Source of the DNA: Berkelbacteria bacterium GW2011_GWE1_39_12
GTDB taxonomy: Bacteria; Patescibacteriota; UBA1384; UBA12157
Direction of reading: 5' to 3'
DNA: 64,000 nucleotides
Assembly (NCBI GenBank): GCA_001029735.1
Contig: CP011213.1
Span: 140,087 to 204,086 of the forward strand
Made by a program: the position numbers and the translations under genes. Below are positions 30,202 to 41,272 of this stretch, piece after piece. The notes under the pieces are model-generated. The model was given only the letters and a program-made list of their open reading frames with translations. It ran no database searches and was not told the origin of the DNA. How positions within the stretch are numbered: position 1 is the first letter of the stretch; the number at the start of each line of letters is the position of its first letter.

Positions 30202-30741
30202 TTGAACTGGAAAAGCCTTTTTTCTGAACTACCACTCTTAATGAGTAACCAATTTCCGAATGACGATCAAGCTGTTGAGAACTTTATTCAAGATGTACAT
30301 TATATCGCCACGCATGTTTATATGCCAAAGCTTGGGCCATGTTATTGTGTTTCGTTGGCAGACGGAAATCATAAGCGACGAAGACAAGTAGTGCAGACTA
30401 TTATCGAAGATTTAGGAAAACCAGTAATGGTAAGCAAGATCAATATTGCAAACCATTATTACTGGACTTCGGAATCCAGGGAAATCCCCGATCCAGAATC
30501 ATATCGTCGCTTAGGTTCTGATAGAATCCGCGATATCTGCCAGAAACACGAACTTTCATCAGCAGACGAGAGAATCGTCAAAGACATTGCCGTTTTTTAT
30601 GACGTTTTTACTGGAGATGTTGAAAGTAGAATTGGTTATTCAATCTACGTCGTATCAAAACTAAGGAAAGAAAGAAGGATCGCTATTGAATCTGCGATTA
30701 TAGATATCATGGTCGAATTTGCCAAATCCAGGACAGTTTAA
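30202..30741 (+). CDS. Hypothetical protein (orphan)
   Basis: TTGACA-17-TAATAT (30136-30164), SD GGAG, terminator GGACAGT/ACTGTCC-T tract. Confidence 0.7.
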   Translation: MNWKSLFSELPLLMSNQFPNDDQAVENFIQDVHYIATHVYMPKLGPCYCVSLADGNHKRRRQVVQTIIEDLGKPVMVSKINIANHYYWTSESREIPDPESYRRLGSDRIRDICQKHELSSADERIVKDIAVFYDVFTGDVESRIGYSIYVVSKLRKERRIAIESAIIDIMVEFAKSRTV

Positions 30742-30772
30742 GTACTGTCCTTTTTAATTAATAAAGTTATTT

Positions 30773-33631
30773 TTATTTGGAGTTTTTAAAAACTTTAGCC
30801 AAAAACTGACCAGTATAAGATTCTTCCACTTTGGCAATATCTTCCGGTGTACCGGTGGCCAAAATTTTTCCACCGCCATCGCCGCCTTCTGGACCGAGAT
30901 CAATAATATGATCAGCTGTTTTTATCACATCTAAGTTATGCTCAATCACCACCACCGAATTTCCGGCATCGACTAAGCGATGTAAGACTTCCAATAATTT
31001 ATTTATATCTTCAAAATGCAAGCCTGTGGTCGGCTCATCCAAAATATATAATGTATTGCCAGTCGCACGGCGAGCAAGTTCGGTCGCTAATTTTACACGC
31101 TGGGCTTCCCCGCCGGAAAGAGTTGTCGCCGATTGGCCAAGTTTGATGTAACCCAAACCGACATCAACTAAGGTTTGTAAAACATCAGAAATCTTTGGCA
31201 AGTCTCTGAAAAAATCCAGGGCTTCTGTCACTGTCATTGCTAAAACATCGGCAATGTTTTTTTCTTTATATAAAACTTGCAACGTTTCTCGGTTGAAACG
31301 TTTACCATTGCATACTTCGCATGGCACAAAAATGTCTGGCATAAAATGCATTTCAATCTTTATCACACCATCGCCTTGGCAATTATCACAACGACCGCCA
31401 GCAACATTAAATGAAAATCTTCCAGGTTGGTAACCACGAATTTTGGCTTCTTTGGTTTTAGAAAACAAGGTGCGAATTTCGGAAAAAACATTGGTATATG
31501 TTGCCGGATTTGAGCGGGGAGTGCGACCAATCGGTGACTGATCGATCGTAATTACTTTATTAAGATTTTCAAAACCTTCGATTTTGCTATGTTTGCCCGG
31601 TCGGTCCATGCTTTTCATTAATTTTCTGGACAGTGCTTTATTTAAAATATCGTTAACCAAAGTTGATTTGCCAGAGCCAGAAACTCCGGTAACGGCTGTA
31701 AAAACTTGCAAAGGAAAATGAACGGTAATATTTTTTAAATTGTGCTCATTCGCTCCGTAAACAGAAATAAATTTGTCGTGAGTTTTGCGTCGTTTCAGAG
31801 GAATTTCAATTTTCTTTTTACCCGATAAATATTGGCCAGTGAGTGATCGAGGCTCGGCCATAATGTCTTCGATCGTGCCCTGCGCTACCACTTCCCCACC
31901 ATGCGAGCCGGCACCAGGACCAATGTCTACAATTTGATCAGCGACACGCATAGTTTCTTCATCGTGTTCAATAACGATCACACTATTTCCCAGATCGCGT
32001 AAATGTTCCAGTGTAGCTAATAACCTTGAATCATCACGAGCATGAAGTCCGATTGAAGGTTCGTCTAAAATATATAAAACGCCGACAAGGCCAGAACCAA
32101 TTTGACTGGCTAATCGAATACGTTGAGCCTCTCCCCCCGCTAAAGTGTAAGCAGCTCGATCTAAAGTTAAATAGTCCAAACCAACATCGACTAAAAATTT
32201 CAAACGATTTTTGATTTCGTTTAAGATTTTTTCAGCAATTAGAAATTCACGCGGCGAAAGTTTTAATTCTTCAAAAAATTTGAAGGAATCTTTTACAGAC
32301 ATTTTCACCACTTCATCGATATTTTTTCCACCAACTGTGATAAGTAAAACTTCTTTTTTCAGCCGCGCTCCGCTGCACAAATTACACGGCGTTTGCGACA
32401 TGTATCGTTCGATATCACTACGCATGCCTTCCGATTCAGTGTCATGATAGCGACGCTCTAACCAAGGAATTATGCCCTGAAATTTAAGATGATAAACATG
32501 AGCCCGACCATGCGTAAAATGACGCACTTGCAAGTATTCAATTTTGCCGGTACCGTATAAAATTTCGTTTAACAAGTTTTCCGGAAGCTGACCGACTGGT
32601 GTGTGCTCTGAAAATCCGTAGCGTTCTGCGACTGATCTCAAAACCATGCCAAAGTAATTATTCCCTTTGTAATTTAGCGGCATGATCGCGCCCTGAGCGA
32701 TCGATAAAGTTTTGTCAGGAATCACTAAATTAACGTCAACTTTTCGCTCTACACCCAAGCCATCACACTGCGGGCACGCACCAAAAGGACTGTTGAAAGA
32801 AAAAATCCTCGGTTCAATTTCCGGCAAACTAGCATCATGAACTGGACATGATAAACTTTGATTCATTAATATTTCCCGGCCTGCATCAACTATGCTTGAA
32901 GCATTGCGGGCAGGTTTTTCGTTTGAAACGATTAACACTAAACCCTGCGATAACTTCAAGGCTTGTTCAATGTCATCGGAAATTCTGGAAATGTTATCAG
33001 ATTTGATTTCAATTTTATCAATTAAAACATCAATATCATGTTGTTTATAACGGCCTAAATCTACCTTATCTGAAAGATTGTAAAATTTACCGTTAATTCG
33101 AGCGCTCGTGTAACCTTCTTTAAAAAGATCATTTAACAGTTGGTGATATTCGCCTTTTCGTCCACGAATCACAGGAGATAAAATTTCTATTTTTTGGTTT
33201 TCACCTAAGTCAAGAACTCGCTCTACCATTTGTTCGACTGATAATTTCGTAATTACTTCACCGCCAACTGGACAATGGGGAATACCGATACGGGCGTAAA
33301 GCACTCTTAAATAATCGTAAACCTCAGTTACTGTACCAACAGTAGATCGTGGATTATGTGATGCGCCTTTTTGATCAATTGAAATAGCCGGCGAAAGCCC
33401 TTCGATACTTTCCACATTTGGCTTTTCCATTTGACCTAAAAATTGACGGGCATACGAAGAAAGCGATTCTAAGTATCGGCGTTGGCCTTCAGCATAAATA
33501 GTATCGAACGCCAAAGTAGACTTGCCGCTGCCGGAAAGTCCCGTAAAAACAACTAATTTGTCACGCGGAATCTCAAGATTAATATTCTTTAGATTATGTT
33601 CTTTAGCTCCGCGAATCGTGATCTTGTCCAT
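30773..33631 (-). CDS. uvrA: Excinuclease ABC subunit A
   Basis: [24 protein letters not shown], Zn-finger Cys motifs. Confidence 0.99.
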   Translation of the reverse strand: MDKITIRGAKEHNLKNINLEIPRDKLVVFTGLSGSGKSTLAFDTIYAEGQRRYLESLSSYARQFLGQMEKPNVESIEGLSPAISIDQKGASHNPRSTVGTVTEVYDYLRVLYARIGIPHCPVGGEVITKLSVEQMVERVLDLGENQKIEILSPVIRGRKGEYHQLLNDLFKEGYTSARINGKFYNLSDKVDLGRYKQHDIDVLIDKIEIKSDNISRISDDIEQALKLSQGLVLIVSNEKPARNASSIVDAGREILMNQSLSCPVHDASLPEIEPRIFSFNSPFGACPQCDGLGVERKVDVNLVIPDKTLSIAQGAIMPLNYKGNNYFGMVLRSVAERYGFSEHTPVGQLPENLLNEILYGTGKIEYLQVRHFTHGRAHVYHLKFQGIIPWLERRYHDTESEGMRSDIERYMSQTPCNLCSGARLKKEVLLITVGGKNIDEVVKMSVKDSFKFFEELKLSPREFLIAEKILNEIKNRLKFLVDVGLDYLTLDRAAYTLAGGEAQRIRLASQIGSGLVGVLYILDEPSIGLHARDDSRLLATLEHLRDLGNSVIVIEHDEETMRVADQIVDIGPGAGSHGGEVVAQGTIEDIMAEPRSLTGQYLSGKKKIEIPLKRRKTHDKFISVYGANEHNLKNITVHFPLQVFTAVTGVSGSGKSTLVNDILNKALSRKLMKSMDRPGKHSKIEGFENLNKVITIDQSPIGRTPRSNPATYTNVFSEIRTLFSKTKEAKIRGYQPGRFSFNVAGGRCDNCQGDGVIKIEMHFMPDIFVPCEVCNGKRFNRETLQVLYKEKNIADVLAMTVTEALDFFRDLPKISDVLQTLVDVGLGYIKLGQSATTLSGGEAQRVKLATELARRATGNTLYILDEPTTGLHFEDINKLLEVLHRLVDAGNSVVVIEHNLDVIKTADHIIDLGPEGGDGGGKILATGTPEDIAKVEESYTGQFLAKVFKNSK
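32875..32914. repeat. GC-rich palindromic element in frame within uvrA
   Basis: Minus CCTGCCCGCA-ATGCT TCA AGCAT-AGTTGA-TGCAGGCCGG encodes [13 protein letters not shown]. Confidence 0.6.
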
Positions 33632-33749
33632 ATCCGCTACATTGTATCAGAAAAATCTTCAAGAGTCCATCTGAACCATTGACAATTGAGAGAAACAGTG
33701 ATATCATATAAACGTTTCTTGACTCGATTATCGTATGGAGGAAAAACTC

Positions 33750-34070
33750 ATGGAAAATGAAAAGAGCGCCATGGATCCAAACACCATTAGACTCTTAAAG
33801 CACTTCGGAAGACCGATCGAAGGGAAATCACGCTTGGTGAAGTTCGGCGATCACGGTATGAGCGACATGATCTATGATCAGCCTCAACCTGTCTCATCTG
33901 TTCAAGATGAGGTCATGTGTATCGTCTATTTCGACAAGCACAACCGAGAAATGGAAATCCAACGCGAAGGAAAACGCGAAACAATCCCTCCGAAAATCAG
34001 GAGCTTTCTCCTTAAGGGCGGCATTTGCAACTTTACAGTGCCGCTAGACGCAGCAGTCATCATTTGGTAA
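33750..34070 (+). CDS. Hypothetical protein (orphan)
   Basis: TTGACA-17-TATCAT (33679-33707), SD GGAGG, terminator AACCGCC/GGCGGTT. Confidence 0.7.
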   Translation: MENEKSAMDPNTIRLLKHFGRPIEGKSRLVKFGDHGMSDMIYDQPQPVSSVQDEVMCIVYFDKHNREMEIQREGKRETIPPKIRSFLLKGGICNFTVPLDAAVIIW

Positions 34071-34190
34071 AAACTAACAACCGCCGCTCGGGCGGTTTTT
34101 TAGTACTAAAGTATTGACTTTTAACCATATTTATGGTAATATACAAAGTCTTAGATAGCTAAATCTAGGAATTCAGGGGAGGAGAATCAC

Positions 34191-34487
34191 ATGAAACGGT
34201 TGCATATTCTATTAGCGATTGCATTGTTGATTTCTGTCGTTTGGGTCGTTGGTTGCGGAGGCGGAGATCCAAGGACAGGATCGAAGTCTTCTAACAATTC
34301 CGGCAGTGTCATCGACTACGAAAACGGAGTTTACTATTTTGATTCGATCGAAGCCAATTTCGCGAATTCCCTTTCAGGCTTCATCAAGGATCACCCCGAT
34401 CTTGAGCTTGTCTCAATGGCCGGTGATGACATGGGGATTCATGGTGCTTCCAAAGGGTATTTCGTCGTCTTCCGTAAGAAGCAATGA
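34191..34487 (+). CDS. Putative lipoprotein
   Basis: Lipobox-like VVGC after hydrophobic core; TTGACT-17-TAATAT (34114-34142); SD GGAGGAG; GCCGCC-TTCG-GGCGG terminator. Confidence 0.75.
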   Translation: MKRLHILLAIALLISVVWVVGCGGGDPRTGSKSSNNSGSVIDYENGVYYFDSIEANFANSLSGFIKDHPDLELVSMAGDDMGIHGASKGYFVVFRKKQ

Positions 34488-34574
34488 TTATATTAGTTCC
34501 TTACAGCCGCCTTCGGGCGGTTTTTTAGTAATCAATAAGACCAAAACCACCCCGCTTTGGGGTGGTTTTGTATA

Positions 34575-34781
34575 TTATATTTCCTCTTCGTTTTGTCCTT
34601 CGGACTGTTCGCCTTTCTTAACTAACTCTCGCACTTTTTGTCCGCCTTTATGGCCGATTTCTTGGTAGAAGTCATGGCCATGAGTTCTGGCAGTTGCCTC
34701 TCCGCCCTTTTGGCCGCCCATTTTACCAGCCTCGCGGACTGTCATTTCGCCGCGTCCTTTTGTATTTGGCATTTTACTCAC
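34575..34781 (-). CDS. KGG-repeat stress peptide (GsiB/YciG/Con-10-like)
   Basis: MTVREAGKMGG, HGHDFYQEIGHKGG. Confidence 0.9.
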   Translation of the reverse strand: MSKMPNTKGRGEMTVREAGKMGGQKGGEATARTHGHDFYQEIGHKGGQKVRELVKKGEQSEGQNEEEI

Positions 34782-34796
34782 CCCCTTTATAAAATA

Positions 34797-34988
34797 TTAT
34801 TCTTCCTCTTCTTCAGAGCTTCCGTCTCCTGTTGTGCCTTCTTTGGTCCCCTCTTCGCCATCTCCTTCTTCTTGGGCCTCTTCTTCCTCTCCCTTTTTAA
34901 CCAATTCCTTAACTTTTTGCCCGCCTTTGTGGCCGGCCTCTTCGACCGTCATTTCTCCACGTTCCTCATCAGTATTTTGATTACTCAT
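34797..34988 (-). CDS. KGG-repeat stress peptide with acidic tail
   Basis: MTVEEAGHKGGQKVKELV, Glu-rich C-terminus; SD GGAGG. Confidence 0.85.
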   Translation of the reverse strand: MSNQNTDEERGEMTVEEAGHKGGQKVKELVKKGEEEEAQEEGDGEEGTKEGTTGDGSSEEEEE

Positions 34989-34998
34989 TATGCCTCCG

Positions 34999-35196
34999 TT
35001 ATTCTTCCATACTTTCTTTGCCTTTTCGAACTAGTTCTCGTGCTTTCTGACCACCCTTTTTACCGCCAATTTCCCCGCCTTTATGACCGATTTCTTGGTA
35101 AAATTCATGACTGTGAGTCTTGGCGGTAGTCTGACCACCCTTATGCCCGGCTTCCTGAACAGTCATGTCACCTTTATTTGTTTGATTTTTATTCAC
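34999..35196 (-). CDS. KGG-repeat stress peptide
   Basis: MTVQEAGHKGG, HSHEFYQEIGHKGG; SD GAGGTGA. Confidence 0.9.
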   Translation of the reverse strand: MNKNQTNKGDMTVQEAGHKGGQTTAKTHSHEFYQEIGHKGGEIGGKKGGQKARELVRKGKESMEE

Positions 35197-35225
35197 AATT
35201 AATCACCTCACTAAAAATGGGTATG

Positions 35226-35258
35226 GAATGAGGGGAGGGATTAGCCATCCCCTCATTC
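35226..35258 (-). promoter_or_regulatory. Intercistronic 11-bp stem-loop after the first KGG gene
   Basis: GAATGAGGGGA...TCCCCTCATTC without an immediate U tract. Confidence 0.6.
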
Positions 35259-35269
35259 TAACTTCGAGT

Positions 35270-35473
35270 TTACATTCCGCGACGATTTGAACGGGACGTA
35301 CCTTCTCCACCTGCCTCTTCACCTTTTCGAATTAGTTCTCTTACTTTTTGCCCACCTTTATGTCCGATTTCTTGGTAGAATTCTCGTCCGTGAGTTCGAG
35401 AAGTTGTTTCCCCGCCTTTACGACCTGCTTCCTGCACAGTCATGTTACCTTGATTTTGTTGCGATCGATTCAT
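35270..35473 (-). CDS. KGG-repeat stress peptide
   Basis: MTVQEAGRKGG, HGREFYQEIGHKGG; SD AAGGTGA. Confidence 0.9.
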   Translation of the reverse strand: MNRSQQNQGNMTVQEAGRKGGETTSRTHGREFYQEIGHKGGQKVRELIRKGEEAGGEGTSRSNRRGM

Positions 35474-35605
35474 TTTTTATCACCTTCTTTCTATATCCAT
35501 TTTTTCACGTACAAAAAAAAATTCTTCGTTTTATTATCTTAAAAAAGAAGGCTAATTGGACATTTTTTGTCTCAAAAATAGAAGAGAACATTTTTTAAAT
35601 TTTTG

Positions 35606-37564
35606 CTATTTTATTTTCAGCTTACGAAGTTGTACGACTTCATCCCTTATCACAGCCGCTTTCTCGAACTCTAAATTTTTCGCCGCTATTTTCATCTCGT
35701 CAGTTTTTTGTCGAATTACAGCTGGTAAATCTTCAATACTTTCTAAATCAATAAATTCTCGTGTAACTTGAGGATTGAGTTCATGATCGACAATGCTTTC
35801 AATCGCTTTTTCGATAGTTTTAGGAGTGATTTTATTTTCAATATTATATTTAATCTGGCGAGCTCGGCGTCGATCAGTTTCGTCTAAAGCTCGCTTCATT
35901 GAACCGGTGATTCTATCGGCGTACAAAATAACTTTACCTTTAACGTTTCTCGCAGCTCGACCAATTGTTTGAATTAAGGAAACGTCACTTCGTAGAAAAC
36001 CTTCTTTGTCAGCATCCAAAATGGCCACTAATGTGACTTCCGGCAAATCTAAACCTTCGCGCAGTAAGTTTACCCCGACTAAACAATCAATCGTACCCCG
36101 ACGAAGATTTTCTAAAATACCGACTCGATCCAAAGTATCAACTTCACTGTGAAGATATTCGGCTTTGACTCCCGCCTCTTTTAAGTATTCACTAAGTTCT
36201 TCAGCCATTTTTTTAGTTAAGGTTGTTACCAATACGCGTTCTTTTTTCTTTGCCCGATCAACAATTTCTGGAATTAAATTTTGAATCTGATTTTCTGTTG
36301 GACGGATTTCTGTTTCCGGATCAACCAAGCCAGTTGGACGAATAATTTGCTCGACCACTTGCTCGGATTTTTCTTTTTCGTACTTTCCCGGAGTCGCTGA
36401 GGTAAAAATCAATTGATTGATATGACTTTCGAATTCTGGAAATTTTAAAGGACGATTATCATAAGCTGAAGGTAGTCTAAAACCATAATCAATTAATGAA
36501 GTCTTGCGAGATTTATCACCTTCAAACATAGCGCCAATTTGTGGCACTGTTACATGCGATTCATCGATTACCATCAAAAAGTCTTTCGGAAAGAAGTCTA
36601 ATAAAGTATAAGGCGGTGTACCCGGCTCACGATTAGTTAAGTATCTTGAATAGTTTTCAATTCCGGAACAATAACCAATCTCCCTCATCATTTCCAAATC
36701 GTACTTAGTTCTTCTTCTGAGACGCTCAGCCTCCAATAACTTTCCATTTTTTTCTAACACATCTAATCGCTCTTCTAATTCTTTTTCAATTTGAGTAATA
36801 GCCTTTTGAGTTGTCTCATCATCAACCACAAAATGTTTGGCTGGATAAATAGTGATAGACTTTTCCGTACCTAAATTTTTCATTGAAACAGCTTCGAAGC
36901 GGGTGATTTTAGCAATCAAATCGCCGTCAAATTCAACCCTGATGATAACTTCTTGATCGGCCGGCATGATTTCTAGTGTCTGACCGTGAACTCTGAATTT
37001 TCCGCGCTCCAAAACCTCTGACCGCGTAAAATACATCTCCACCAACCTCTGTAAAATATAATCGCGCGACTCTTCAAATCCTTCGCCAAGTGTCAGTAAA
37101 GTTTTTTTATAAACATCTGGATTGCCTAAACCGTATATACATGAAACCGAAGCCACAATAATAACATCTTTGCGATAAATTAATGCCTGAGTTGCTGCAT
37201 GACGCAAGCGCTCAATTTCCATGTTAATTTCTAAATCTTTTTCGATATAAACATCGGTGTTTGGTAGATATGCTTCCGGTTGATAATAATCATAGTAAGA
37301 AACGAAATATTCAACAGCTGCATCTGGAAAAAAGGTTCGAAATTCAGAGCAAAGCTGTGCGGCCAATGTTTTATTGTGCGCAATAATCAAAGTTGGTTTC
37401 TGCACTTTTTCAATTACATTAGCAATGGTAAAAGTCTTACCGGATCCAGTTACACCTAAAAGAGTCTGGTATCTGTCGCCCTTTTGTAGGCCTTCTACCA
37501 GCTTTTCGATTGCCTTGGGCTGATCACCCTTGGGAGTAAATTTTGCATTTAATTTAAATTGCAT
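35606..37564 (-). CDS. uvrB: Excinuclease ABC subunit B
   Basis: [38 protein letters not shown]. Confidence 0.99.
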   Translation of the reverse strand: MQFKLNAKFTPKGDQPKAIEKLVEGLQKGDRYQTLLGVTGSGKTFTIANVIEKVQKPTLIIAHNKTLAAQLCSEFRTFFPDAAVEYFVSYYDYYQPEAYLPNTDVYIEKDLEINMEIERLRHAATQALIYRKDVIIVASVSCIYGLGNPDVYKKTLLTLGEGFEESRDYILQRLVEMYFTRSEVLERGKFRVHGQTLEIMPADQEVIIRVEFDGDLIAKITRFEAVSMKNLGTEKSITIYPAKHFVVDDETTQKAITQIEKELEERLDVLEKNGKLLEAERLRRRTKYDLEMMREIGYCSGIENYSRYLTNREPGTPPYTLLDFFPKDFLMVIDESHVTVPQIGAMFEGDKSRKTSLIDYGFRLPSAYDNRPLKFPEFESHINQLIFTSATPGKYEKEKSEQVVEQIIRPTGLVDPETEIRPTENQIQNLIPEIVDRAKKKERVLVTTLTKKMAEELSEYLKEAGVKAEYLHSEVDTLDRVGILENLRRGTIDCLVGVNLLREGLDLPEVTLVAILDADKEGFLRSDVSLIQTIGRAARNVKGKVILYADRITGSMKRALDETDRRRARQIKYNIENKITPKTIEKAIESIVDHELNPQVTREFIDLESIEDLPAVIRQKTDEMKIAAKNLEFEKAAVIRDEVVQLRKLKIK

Positions 37565-37669
37565 TGCGAGGATATACTAACACAAAAATGCGATTAAATC
37601 CATTGTTAAGCGTTTCTACAACAAAATCCCCCGAATGGGGGATTTTGTTTATTTAAGTCAAATTAACAC

Positions 37670-37867
37670 TTATTCGACTACTTCTTCTTCCTCTTCTTCG
37701 TCATCTTCGCCTTCTTCATCTTCTTCTTCAGTCTCTTCTTCTGCTGTTTCGTCTGCAGCTGCCGGCGTCTCAGTTTCTTCTACGGTTTCTTCTTCATCTT
37801 CTTCTGCGTCAGTTGTTGCAGCATCGTCACCTTGGACATCACTGGCCTGGTTCATGTCATCGTTCAT
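37670..37867 (-). CDS. Highly acidic small protein
   Basis: SD GAGGAGG, 65 aa dominated by E/D with no K or R; terminator CAAAATCCCC/GGGGATTTTG at ~37622-37648. Confidence 0.7.
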   Translation of the reverse strand: MNDDMNQASDVQGDDAATTDAEEDEEETVEETETPAAADETAEEETEEEDEEGEDDEEEEEEVVE

Positions 37868-37911
37868 TCTTCCTCCTCTGCCCCACCGGGGCTTAACTTA
37901 CTTACTTTCTT

Positions 37912-39132
37912 TCATTTTCGCAAGTCAGACAGTATGTTGTCAACATCTGTCAAGATAGTTTCTTTTTCCCCTCGCTTTTTGAGTTCAACTTTGCCCTCTG
38001 CAATAGTTTTTTTAGAAATCACTACTCTGTAAGGAATGCCAAGTAAGTCTGCATCTGAAAATTTAATTCCGGCACTAACTTCGCGATCATCAAAAATCAC
38101 GTCGATACCTAAATCCGTGAGTTGATTGTATATTTCTTCCCCTTTTGAGCCTTCTAAATCAATTAAATAAACTTTCGCAGGCGCGATATTTTCTGGCCAA
38201 ATTAAGCCGTATTCGTCGTTACTTGTTTCAGCTACAGCACCAACTAATCTGTCTAAGCCAATACCATAACATCCCATTATAACTGGTTTAGATTCACCTT
38301 TTTCGTCAGTAAAATTAAGGCCAAACTTTTCTGAATATTTTGTTCTAAGTTTAAAAATGTGAGCTAGTTCGATTCCCTTTTCTTCTTTAAGGTCATTGCC
38401 GCAAGTACATTTATTATTTTCTGGTTTTACTTCAGCGTTAAAAGCTTTACCACATTTGTCACAAAGCAAAATCCGGTCTTCTCCGACCGGCGTAATAACC
38501 ATAAATTCTCTTGAGTCCTTACCGCCCATCATACCGGAATCTGCCTCAACCATAATAGCTTTTATCCCAACTCTTTCGAAGATTTTTTTATAAGCGTCGA
38601 TGAAATCATCAAAAGTTTTATCAAGCTGTTCGTCGTTGGCGTGAAAGCTATAAGCATCTTGCATATTAAAATCGCGCAAGCGGATCATGCCGCCCCTGGG
38701 CCTCGCTTCATAACGAATCTTTTTGGAAATTTGATTCAAGGTAAACGGCAGGTCTTGGAAACTGGAAACTTTTTCTTTTGCCATCGGCGTCATTACTTCT
38801 TCATGCGTCATAGCTAAAACAAATTCTGCTTCACGCGAAGTGTTAACTTTGAGAAGTTCATCGCCGATTTCTTCAAATCTACCCGAAGTTTTCCACAGCT
38901 CGGATGGATGTAAAACAGGCAAAGAAACTTCTTGGCAGCCGATTGCACCAAGTTCTTCTCGAACAATTCGGCAAATATTTTCATAAACTTTATATCCCAA
39001 TGGCAAATAAGCAAAAATACCAGAACCAACTTGGTAAATGAACGACCCTCGTTCTAATAGGGCTTGGTTTATGGAATTGGCGCCTCTTGGCGTTTCTTTT
39101 TTGGTTTTGATAAAGCTCTGGGAATATTTCAA
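37912..39132 (-). CDS. proS: Proline--tRNA ligase, short form
   Basis: THEE, RYEARPRGGMIRLRDF, GIELAHIFKL, MGCYGIG, anticodon-binding DADLLGIP. Confidence 0.95.
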   Translation of the reverse strand: MKYSQSFIKTKKETPRGANSINQALLERGSFIYQVGSGIFAYLPLGYKVYENICRIVREELGAIGCQEVSLPVLHPSELWKTSGRFEEIGDELLKVNTSREAEFVLAMTHEEVMTPMAKEKVSSFQDLPFTLNQISKKIRYEARPRGGMIRLRDFNMQDAYSFHANDEQLDKTFDDFIDAYKKIFERVGIKAIMVEADSGMMGGKDSREFMVITPVGEDRILLCDKCGKAFNAEVKPENNKCTCGNDLKEEKGIELAHIFKLRTKYSEKFGLNFTDEKGESKPVIMGCYGIGLDRLVGAVAETSNDEYGLIWPENIAPAKVYLIDLEGSKGEEIYNQLTDLGIDVIFDDREVSAGIKFSDADLLGIPYRVVISKKTIAEGKVELKKRGEKETILTDVDNILSDLRK

Positions 39133-39134
39133 AA

Positions 39135-40190
39135 TTACCTCCTAATAATATCGCGATAAGTGATGGCGATCATAAGTATAATTAATAAGGCAAAGCCAAT
39201 CATGTGAATCCAGTTTTCAACTTCTTGACGTATAACCTTTTTTCTAAAAATTCCTTCAAGAGCAAGAAATAAAACCTTGCCACCATCGAGCGCTGGAAAC
39301 GGCAAAATATTAATAATGCCTAGGTTTATGCTCAATAAGATGACCAATTGCAAAACATAAATCCAGCCGATTTTGATCGCTTCTGAGGTGAAATTAAATA
39401 AGCCAACTGGTCCAGAAACAGACTCTCCTTCTGGACCAGTGTGTCCAGTTGTGAAAATATTTCTTAAAATGTCATAGATAAAAACAAAGAACGTTTTAAT
39501 CACAAGGCCAGTTTCTTTGACTGAGGTACCAAAAGCTTGGAAAAATCCTTGCTTAACCTTGGTAATGGAAATTATCCCAACTCCCAATGGTGCTTCCTTG
39601 TCGGCTGATAAAGTCACGTTTAAATCTTTTGATTGATTCTGCTTTTCTGTTGAGAAAACTACAGATTGACCAATATGTTCTTGAGTGTATTTTTGCAAAT
39701 CTGTAGTTGAATCAAAGCCATTTAAAATAGTGCCATTAGTAATACCGGCTTTTTCAGCAGGCGAATCTTTTTGAACGTAAGCGATCATTACTTTAGAATC
39801 TTTTTGGCCAGCCATCGTCGCCGGATCGGAGACTAAAGGCGTCATGCCGATCATAAAACCGATCGCCATTAAAATAATAGCTAAGACAAAGTTCATAACC
39901 ACACCAGCAACAACAATGGCGATTCGCTGAAGGACGGTTTTACCCATAAATGAATTGGCGGCATGGCTTTGGCCTTCTTCGCCAAAAAGTTTAACATATC
40001 CGCCCAATGGAATAGCATTAATTGAATAATTTGTTTCGCCCCTTTTAACAGTAAACAGTCTGGGCGGAAAACCAAAAGCGAATTCCTCAACTTTAACTTT
40101 GGCTAATTTAGCCACCAAAAAATGGCCGGCCTCATGAACAAAGATCAGGAGCCCTAGGATAGCAATGAAAACGATTATAGTTAAAATCAT
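39135..40190 (-). CDS. rseP: RIP metalloprotease RseP
   Basis: HEAGH, PLGGYV, PDZ SPAEKAG, NILPFPALDGG. Confidence 0.95.
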   Translation of the reverse strand: MILTIIVFIAILGLLIFVHEAGHFLVAKLAKVKVEEFAFGFPPRLFTVKRGETNYSINAIPLGGYVKLFGEEGQSHAANSFMGKTVLQRIAIVVAGVVMNFVLAIILMAIGFMIGMTPLVSDPATMAGQKDSKVMIAYVQKDSPAEKAGITNGTILNGFDSTTDLQKYTQEHIGQSVVFSTEKQNQSKDLNVTLSADKEAPLGVGIISITKVKQGFFQAFGTSVKETGLVIKTFFVFIYDILRNIFTTGHTGPEGESVSGPVGLFNFTSEAIKIGWIYVLQLVILLSINLGIINILPFPALDGGKVLFLALEGIFRKKVIRQEVENWIHMIGFALLIILMIAITYRDIIRR

Positions 40191-40747
40191 ATCTGTTTTA
40201 GTTCTTTTTCTTTAGCGTCAATCACTGTTTTAATTTGATTGTTTGCGTCTTCGATCATTTTATTTAGATCTTTTTCCCCTTGATAAAGATCGTCTTCTGT
40301 CAATTCCCCAGACTTTTTTTCAGCTTGAATATCTTCCCAGGCAGTTTGACGCACATTTCGGAGGGCGATACGAGCGCTTTCGGCTTTCTGATGAATCAAT
40401 TTAATGAAATCATTGCGCCGTTCTTCTGTTAATGGTGGCAAGGAAATACGGATAACACGACCATCGTTGGCAGTGCTAAAACCCATATCGGAATTCTTTA
40501 ATCCGTTTTCAATATCATTTAAAGCATTAGCATCCCATGGTTGGACAACAATCAAAAAAGCGTCCGGCGTAGTAATATTGGCCATATTTTTTAAAGGCGT
40601 TTGGGCGCCGTAGTAAGAGATCATAATATTTTCAATTAAAGAACCGCTAGCTTTGCCGGTGCGCACCGTACGCAGGTCTTCGACCAGTTTATCGGTTACT
40701 TCATTCATCTTAGGCTTCAATTGATTTAGGATTGGTTGTAGAGCCAT
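40187..40747 (-). CDS. frr: Ribosome recycling factor
   Basis: RTGKAS, QPWD, PPLTEERR. Confidence 0.96.
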   Translation of the reverse strand: MALQPILNQLKPKMNEVTDKLVEDLRTVRTGKASGSLIENIMISYYGAQTPLKNMANITTPDAFLIVVQPWDANALNDIENGLKNSDMGFSTANDGRVIRISLPPLTEERRNDFIKLIHQKAESARIALRNVRQTAWEDIQAEKKSGELTEDDLYQGEKDLNKMIEDANNQIKTVIDAKEKELKQI

Positions 40748-40790
40748 ATTCCTCCCTTATCTTTTATTACTTATTACTATAAAGAGAAGG

Positions 40791-41255
40791 CTATTCTCTT
40801 CCCTCTTCTTCCCCTAATTCATAACGAACGAAACGGTTAACTTTAATATTTTCACGAATTTTAGCAATTTTAGAATTAATCAAATCTTCGATGGTCATTT
40901 TTGAATCCATGATGAATTCTTGTTTAAGCAATTCATCAATATTTTTTGGACTCATGGAAGCAATTTGCATTGCGACTTGATGGGCCAATTCTTTGAATTC
41001 AGCGTTCTTGGCAACGAAATCACTTTCCGATGCCAATTCCAACATCACACCGATTCTTCCACTGTGAACATAGGTTTCGATTAAACCATGTTTAGTGGCG
41101 CGTTCTGCTTTCTTTTTGGCAATCGCAGCAGCGTTACCGGCTAATATTTTTTTAGCTTCTTCAAAGTTTCCTTTGGCCTCTTCGAGCGCATTTTTACAAT
41201 CCATTACGCCGGCGCCAGTTTCTTCTCTTAATTTTGCGATTTCACTAGCTGTCAT
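40791..41255 (-). CDS. tsf: Elongation factor Ts, short form
   Basis: LREETGAGVMDCKNAL, ESDFVAKN, ENIKVNRFVR. Confidence 0.96.
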   Translation of the reverse strand: MTASEIAKLREETGAGVMDCKNALEEAKGNFEEAKKILAGNAAAIAKKKAERATKHGLIETYVHSGRIGVMLELASESDFVAKNAEFKELAHQVAMQIASMSPKNIDELLKQEFIMDSKMTIEDLINSKIAKIRENIKVNRFVRYELGEEEGRE

Positions 41256-41272
41256 ATCTTCTCCTCTAATTT

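Noticed and set aside
34249-35771. Plus-strand ORFs across the lipoprotein and KGG cluster
   Set aside because: Frame or antisense shadows of genes with clear motifs
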